64,000 bases of DNA from Candidatus Omnitrophota bacterium (GTDB lineage: Bacteria > Omnitrophota > Gorgyraeia > B26-G9): positions 1,110-65,109 of the forward strand of contig JAZDHG010000031.1 of assembly GCA_043806135.1 (NCBI GenBank), given 5' to 3'. The notes under the pieces were generated by a model. That model searched no databases. It was not told the DNA's origin and saw only the letters and a list, made by a program, of their open reading frames with translations. The first letter of the stretch is position 1; each line of letters begins with the position of its first letter. Of the stretch, positions 58,970-64,000 are shown piece by piece. A program made the translations under genes and the position numbers.

Positions 58970-59431
58970 ATGAAATGTCCTTTTTGTGCTAATATCGAAG
59001 ATAAAGTAGTAGATTCAAGAATTTCCTCAGAAGGAGATACCATCCGCAGACGCCGCGAGTGTTTGAAATGCCAGCGCAGATTTACTACATATGAGTATAT
59101 TGAAAAAACAACGCTGATGATTATTAAAAAAGACGGACGCCGCGAACCGTTTGACCGAAATAAAATTCTATCTGGTTTTTTGCGGGCATGTGAAAAACGT
59201 CCGGTTAGCATGGAGACAATAGAAGAGGTTGTTGATTCTATTGAAAGATCATTGCAGAAAAATTATGACAAGGAGGTGGTAAGTTCAGATATAGGAGAAC
59301 TTGTTATGAATCGCTTGCACGGTATTGATGAGGTTGCTTATGTAAGATTCGCTTCTGTTTACCGGCAATTCAAAGATATAAATCAGTTTTTAGGAGAGTT
59401 AAAGGATTTGTTGAATAAGAGGAGGGAATAG
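58970..59431 (+). CDS. nrdR: Transcriptional repressor NrdR
   Basis: The zinc ribbon is MKCPFCAN…[16 protein letters not shown], and an ATP-cone follows. Confidence 0.95.
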   Translation: MKCPFCANIEDKVVDSRISSEGDTIRRRRECLKCQRRFTTYEYIEKTTLMIIKKDGRREPFDRNKILSGFLRACEKRPVSMETIEEVVDSIERSLQKNYDKEVVSSDIGELVMNRLHGIDEVAYVRFASVYRQFKDINQFLGELKDLLNKRRE

Positions 59432-59434
59432 GAG

Positions 59435-61864
59435 ATGTTGGCAAAAGAAAAGATTGATTCCAGGGAAGGACAAGGACTTAAAAGTATTCAAAAAAGAGAC
59501 GGCCGGGTTGTTGTTTTCGATAAAACTAAAATAAGCAATGCAATTTTTAAAGCAGCTCAGTCGGTAGGGGGAGAAGATAAACTTCTTGCAGATGAGCTGG
59601 CAAACGCAGTTGTTTTGTTCCTGGAGAAGGAATACAAGGATAATGCTCCTGGTATCGAACAAATTCAGGATATTGTGGAAAAAGTGCTGATCGAAACCGG
59701 ACATGCTAAAACAGCAAAGGCCTATATACTTTATCGCGATAAGAGATCTAAAATCAGAACCAGCCTCAAAGTAAGAAAAAGAGTCAAAAGCCGCTCAAAT
59801 TCCACAGATCTTGCTCTTATGGTCACTCCATCTGCTAAAGATGATGTTTTGACCTGGGATAAAGGGAGGATCGCTCTTGCCTTGCAGAAAGAAGCTGGTA
59901 TCAGTGAAGACATAGCTATGGATGTAGCATCCTCCGTTGAGAAAAAAGTGTTTAACTCCGGGATGACCCAGATCTCAACATCTTTAATCCGCGAGCTGGT
60001 TGATAATGAGCTTTTTGACCGCGGTCTTGATAAAACGCTCTCTAAACAGACCTTGATCGGTATGCCGGCGTATGATTTAGATCAGCTGTTTTTTTCAAAA
60101 AGCTGTGAAAATTCTAATATCTCGGCCAATAATCCGGAAGCGGTTAATCTCTCCATTGCAGAAACGGTATTAAAACAGTATATTCTGCAGAATGTTTTCT
60201 CTGACGATGTGGCTAATGCTCATCTGCATGGAAGAATCCATATTCATGATTTAGGGTATCCAAGGGCATACTGCGGATCGCATTCTCTGGAATATATCAA
60301 AAAATACGGACTTGAATTAGGGAATCTTTTTACTGCCAGCGGTCCGGCAAAATACGCAAGAACACTTACCGGGCACCTTAATACATTTCTAGCCTCTCTT
60401 CAGGCCTATTACGCGGGAGCATTAGGAATAGGCTATGTCAATATTATGTATGCGCCATATCTTGAAGATATGTCTGAAAAAGAGATGAAGCAGGAAGCAC
60501 AATACCTGATTTTCTCTGCCTCACAAAATGCTTTTTCGCGCGGTTCTCAAAGCCTGTTTATTGATTTTAATGTCCATACAGGCGTGCCCGGATACCTGAA
60601 AAACATTCCGGCGATAGGGCCAAATGGTAAATATACGGGAAAGACGTACGGAGATTATGAGGATACGGCTATAAGATTTGCCAAAGCTATGCTTGATGTG
60701 TGGCGCGACGGAGATAGGGACGGTCGTGTGTTTGCGTTCCCGAAATGCGATCTTCATATCGGTGATGATACATTTAATGATCCCAGACAGCTGGAATTGC
60801 TCAAGTATGCATGCCTTATTGCCAGTGAAAACGGCACGACATATTTTGTTTTTGACCGCGGCGATGAAGCGATATTGTCACAATGCTGCCGTTTGCGGCA
60901 GAAGATCGATGATAAATATATGATCGAGCATCCTGAGAGTATGAGATTCTGCGGTTTTCAGAATATAACCATCAACCTGCCGCAGGCTGCGTACCGGGCA
61001 GGTAAAAATAATATGGATGGTTTGTTAAAAGAAATCGAAGGGGCGATGGACATTGCTGTAAAAGCACATCTTCAAAAAAAAGATTTTATTGCTAAGCTCA
61101 TGAGTGAGCCTGGCAAGCCTATGTGGGAAGTAGGAAAGCCGGCCAAGGACGGTCGGCCCTATATAGACCTTGAGAAAGCGACTTATATTATCGGTCTGAT
61201 CGGGCTTAATGAGTGTTTACAGTTTTTGACCGGATATGAGCTTCATGAATCAGAAGAAATATTCAAAACAGGCTTGAAGGTTATATCGTTCATGAACTAC
61301 AAGACAAGAGAATATGCCAAAAAGTATAACCTTAAGTTCTCTCTCGAAGAATCACCGGCAGAATCTGCCTGCCGTCGCCTGCCGAAAGTGGATATGCGGC
61401 AGTTCCCGGAAGCGGCTAATGTAATCAAAGGAGATCTTGATACAGACCAGTATTATTACACAAACAGTATTCACTTTAGAGCTGACGCGCCGATTGATCT
61501 GATTACAAGAATACAGAAGCAAAGCAAATTCCATACCATGATCGAATCAGGCGCTATTATCCATGCTTTTGTGGGAGAACAGAAACCGTCAATGGAATCA
61601 ATCCTCAATCTAGTAGAAAAAACATTTTCTCAGACTCAGACAGCACAGCTTACTATTTCCCCTGAGTTCACCTATTGTAATACCTGCCGTCAAACAGACC
61701 GAGGTATTGAGGAAAAATGCGGATCATGTTCTTCACTTGACGTTTACAGTGTAACAAGAATTGTGGGATACTTTAGCCGGGTTAACAACTGGAATCCATC
61801 AAAACTTGCAGAATTAGCTGACCGGCAGGCCGGCGATTATGCAGTAAAGGAAGAGAATAAATAA
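59435..61864 (+). CDS. nrdD: Anaerobic ribonucleoside-triphosphate reductase (class III)
   Basis: The 809-aa product has an N-terminal ATP-cone. The C-terminal zinc motif is CNTC…CGSC, and the glycyl-radical motif is TRIVGYFS. Confidence 0.9.
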   Translation: MLAKEKIDSREGQGLKSIQKRDGRVVVFDKTKISNAIFKAAQSVGGEDKLLADELANAVVLFLEKEYKDNAPGIEQIQDIVEKVLIETGHAKTAKAYILYRDKRSKIRTSLKVRKRVKSRSNSTDLALMVTPSAKDDVLTWDKGRIALALQKEAGISEDIAMDVASSVEKKVFNSGMTQISTSLIRELVDNELFDRGLDKTLSKQTLIGMPAYDLDQLFFSKSCENSNISANNPEAVNLSIAETVLKQYILQNVFSDDVANAHLHGRIHIHDLGYPRAYCGSHSLEYIKKYGLELGNLFTASGPAKYARTLTGHLNTFLASLQAYYAGALGIGYVNIMYAPYLEDMSEKEMKQEAQYLIFSASQNAFSRGSQSLFIDFNVHTGVPGYLKNIPAIGPNGKYTGKTYGDYEDTAIRFAKAMLDVWRDGDRDGRVFAFPKCDLHIGDDTFNDPRQLELLKYACLIASENGTTYFVFDRGDEAILSQCCRLRQKIDDKYMIEHPESMRFCGFQNITINLPQAAYRAGKNNMDGLLKEIEGAMDIAVKAHLQKKDFIAKLMSEPGKPMWEVGKPAKDGRPYIDLEKATYIIGLIGLNECLQFLTGYELHESEEIFKTGLKVISFMNYKTREYAKKYNLKFSLEESPAESACRRLPKVDMRQFPEAANVIKGDLDTDQYYYTNSIHFRADAPIDLITRIQKQSKFHTMIESGAIIHAFVGEQKPSMESILNLVEKTFSQTQTAQLTISPEFTYCNTCRQTDRGIEEKCGSCSSLDVYSVTRIVGYFSRVNNWNPSKLAELADRQAGDYAVKEENK

Positions 61865-62130
61865 TGAAAATAAAAATTTTCGGCAAAGAAGGCTGTGCCA
61901 AATGCCAGACGACAAAAAATAAATTCAAGCATTTTATCACTAAATTGGAAGTCGATGAGAAAGTAACGCTTGATTACCATGATATGGAGTCTATAGACGG
62001 CAGGGCTGAAGGGGCTTATAACGATGTCCTGCAGATCCCGACGACAATTATCGAAAAGAACGGAGAGGTTATTGCCCGCTGGGAAGGCGAGATCGCCTCA
62101 GATGAAATTAAAGCGCATCTAGTACAATAA
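61864..62130 (+). CDS. Glutaredoxin/NrdH-like small redoxin (CxxC)
   Basis: The 88-aa product has KIFGKEGCAKCQ. It sits between nrdD and nrdG. Confidence 0.6.
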   Translation: MKIKIFGKEGCAKCQTTKNKFKHFITKLEVDEKVTLDYHDMESIDGRAEGAYNDVLQIPTTIIEKNGEVIARWEGEIASDEIKAHLVQ

Positions 62131-62148
62131 GATTTGCAATAAACACCC

Positions 62149-62193
62149 GAGAAGACAGGCCGCAGATTATAATGCCTGTCTTCTTGGTATTTT
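62149..62193 (+). terminator. Stem-loop GAAGACAGGC…GCCTGTCTTC followed by a T-rich stretch, after the redoxin gene
   Basis: A 10-bp perfect stem has a 13-nt loop and is followed by TTGGTATTTTA. Confidence 0.5.
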
Positions 62194-62207
62194 AACCGGG
62201 CTTTCTG

Positions 62208-62927
62208 ATGAACAAAGAAATTATGTATCCGATCAAAGGTTTTAATCCTCATACATTCCTCGACTGGGAGGGCAAGATTGCCAGCGTTATCTATCTTCCC
62301 GGATGCAATTTTAGATGTCCTTTTTGTCACTCGAGCGCTCTTGTAACTGCCCCTGAATCACTTACTACTGTTGATTATGAATATATAAAAAGGTTTTTCC
62401 GTGAAAAACGCGGATGGATGGACGGAGTTATAATCGGAGGGGGAGAACCGACATTATATGAAAATCTTCCCGCGCTCCTGAGGGATATTAAAAATGAAGG
62501 GTTATTAACGAAATTGGATACCAACGGGACCAATACAGCGGTATTAAAAAAACTGATAGATGAAAAACTGCTCGATTACGTTGCCATGGATATAAAAGCT
62601 CCTCTTGATACACAGATGTATTCAAGTATAACTGCCAGTGATGCTGATGTGGTTACGATCAAACAAAGCATTGATTTGCTTATGAGTGCAGATATTGATT
62701 ATGAGTTTCGGACCACCGTAGTGCCAGGTTTTCTTCAGCGAAAAGATATCCTGAGCATTGCTCAAACAATAAAAGGTGCTAAAAGATATGTGCTGCAGCA
62801 ATTTTCTCCCAAGGATACACTGGAAAACAGTATGGCCCAAGTAAAACCGTATTCTGCAGATGTTTTAAAACAATTTGTCCAGCTGGCAAATGAATTTGTA
62901 AAAAACTGTTCTGTACGGGGTATATAG
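62208..62927 (+). CDS. nrdG: Anaerobic ribonucleotide reductase activating protein (radical SAM)
   Basis: The radical-SAM motif is CNFRCPFCHS, which is CxxxCxxC. The product is 239 aa. Confidence 0.85.
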   Translation: MNKEIMYPIKGFNPHTFLDWEGKIASVIYLPGCNFRCPFCHSSALVTAPESLTTVDYEYIKRFFREKRGWMDGVIIGGGEPTLYENLPALLRDIKNEGLLTKLDTNGTNTAVLKKLIDEKLLDYVAMDIKAPLDTQMYSSITASDADVVTIKQSIDLLMSADIDYEFRTTVVPGFLQRKDILSIAQTIKGAKRYVLQQFSPKDTLENSMAQVKPYSADVLKQFVQLANEFVKNCSVRGI

Positions 62928-62937
62928 ATAAACATAG

Positions 62938-62963
62938 GGTGTAGGGATTAGGGTGTAGGGGGT
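62938..62963 (+). other. Canonical G-quadruplex-forming motif GGGtgtaGGGattaGGGtgtaGGGGG, with a partially complementary C-rich tract at 62983-63004
   Basis: Four G3+ tracts are separated by 4-nt loops, read directly. The C-rich partner is cccgtcccccaaaccctatccc. Confidence 0.5.
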
Positions 62964-63004
62964 AAAAAAATAAAAATCAACTCCCGTCCCCCAAACCCTA
63001 TCCC

Positions 63005-63877
63005 TTGAATTTGGGGGATATATTGCAAAAAGAAGCCGCATATTACGAGAAGCAAAAATCAGGCAAGGTGCAATGTTTATTATGCCCTAAGAACTGTATT
63101 ATAGCCTGCGGGAAGCAAGGTTTCTGCCGCGCGCGCAAAAACATAGACGGGACTCTCTATAGTCTTGTTTTTGGCAAAACCACTGGGTTGGCTGTTGACC
63201 CTATCGAAAAAAAACCTTTATATCATTTTCATCCGGAAGAATTCATACTCTCTCTAGGGACGCGGGGCTGTAATTTAGCTTGTGTTTTCTGTCAGAACTG
63301 GAGGATTTCCCAAAATCCCAATGCGTATCTTGAAGATATTACAAAAGAGGAAATTGTTGCAGAGGCTATCCGCCGCAAGACTTTTGGCATTGCCTACACA
63401 TATAATGAGCCGTTTATCTGGTATGAGTTTGTAAGAGAAACAGCTATGCTGGCGAAGGGGAAAGGACTGGAAAACGTGCTGGTTACGAATGGATATGTGA
63501 ACCCTGAACCGCTTGAAGAGCTGTTGCCGTTTATCGGAGCAATGAACATTGATTTAAAGGCCATGGACGATCAATTTTACCGCTCAACATGCAAAGCGAC
63601 TTTGGATCCAGTGCTCAATACCATAAAAAGGGCAAAACAAAGTACGCATGTAGAATTGACTAATCTTATTATCCCGACACTCAACGACTCAAATGTTCAA
63701 ATAGAAAAATTAACAGAATGGGTTTTTAATAACACCGGCGCGGATACACCGCTTCACTTATCACGCTATTTCCCTTGTTACGAACTGAATCTGCCGCCGA
63801 CACCGGTAGAGACATTGCTGCGCGCAAAAGTGATCGCCGAAAAAAAATTAAAATATGTTTATCTGGGAAATGTTTAA
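63005..63877 (+). CDS. Radical SAM protein of the AmmeMemoRadiSam type (AmrS-like)
   Basis: The N-terminal Cys cluster is QCLLCPKNCIIACGKQGFCRARKN. The radical-SAM motif is CNLACVFCQNW. Confidence 0.65.
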   Translation: MNLGDILQKEAAYYEKQKSGKVQCLLCPKNCIIACGKQGFCRARKNIDGTLYSLVFGKTTGLAVDPIEKKPLYHFHPEEFILSLGTRGCNLACVFCQNWRISQNPNAYLEDITKEEIVAEAIRRKTFGIAYTYNEPFIWYEFVRETAMLAKGKGLENVLVTNGYVNPEPLEELLPFIGAMNIDLKAMDDQFYRSTCKATLDPVLNTIKRAKQSTHVELTNLIIPTLNDSNVQIEKLTEWVFNNTGADTPLHLSRYFPCYELNLPPTPVETLLRAKVIAEKKLKYVYLGNV

Positions 63878-63896
63878 TCCAAATTTTTAATAAATA

Positions 63897-64000
63897 TGGA
63901 AAAAAAATCAGGCGTAGTAACTACAGAAGATAAACAGAAAATATATTTTGATCATTACCAGGACGGCCATGATAAAGTTGCGGTTATTGCGCACGGCTTT
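63897..64000 (+). CDS. Alpha/beta hydrolase-fold protein, N-terminal fragment (runs off window)
   Basis: Only 34 aa are visible, MEKKSGVV…IYFDHYQDGHDKVAVIAHGF. The HGF motif before the oxyanion region suggests the fold. Confidence 0.35.

Overview
This is a gene-dense 64 kb bacterial chromosomal segment. Almost every gene is on the + strand; only a tRNA-Glu and one doubtful small ORF are on the - strand. The V-type ATPase gene order (E, hypothetical, A, B, D, I, K) resembles Chlamydia and the PVC group, which is only an inference about lineage.

Gene content in order:
- Type IV pilus / T2SS-like assembly cluster: GspE/PilB ATPase (5'-truncated), PilC, a PilM-PilN fusion, PilO-like, PilP-like, and the PilQ secretin.
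- polA, glgA, coaE, rho, rpmE, prfA, prmC, murA.
- rpsP, a small lipoprotein, trmD, rplS, rnhB.
- An unusual 960-aa long RelA/SpoT-homologue (RSH)-like protein with an N-terminal signal/anchor and a degenerate hydrolase motif.
- MTHFS, rny-ymdB.
- A V/A-type ATPase operon.
- ttcA, a PF04008-family protein, tRNA-Glu(CUC), a DUF2079 membrane protein, a methyltransferase-GT2 fusion, and a C39-like peptidase/TPR lipoprotein with a small secreted partner.
- A purine block: purB, a purS-purS-purL fusion, a GAF + degenerate-GGDEF membrane protein, purQ, purM, purD, purE.
- A tsaC::LMW-PTP fusion, rpiB, glyA (synteny with Bacillus ywlC-ywlE-rpiB-glyA).
- dCMP deaminase, nrdR-nrdD-grx-nrdG, an AmmeMemoRadiSam-type radical SAM protein, and the start of an alpha/beta hydrolase.

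The most distinctive content is non-coding:
- A conserved 5'-leader element with a covarying hairpin upstream of three unrelated genes.
- A 52-nt dispersed hairpin repeat in three copies.
- Arrays of (G)TAAC and TAATC/GATTA pentamers at 10-bp phasing in several promoter regions.
- A 2 x ~119-nt tandem repeat upstream of glyA.
- A canonical G-quadruplex motif.
- A GC-rich structured segment of unknown nature next to the tRNA.
- Two homopolymer-A frameshift candidates.

No CRISPR array, transposase or obvious prophage gene was seen.
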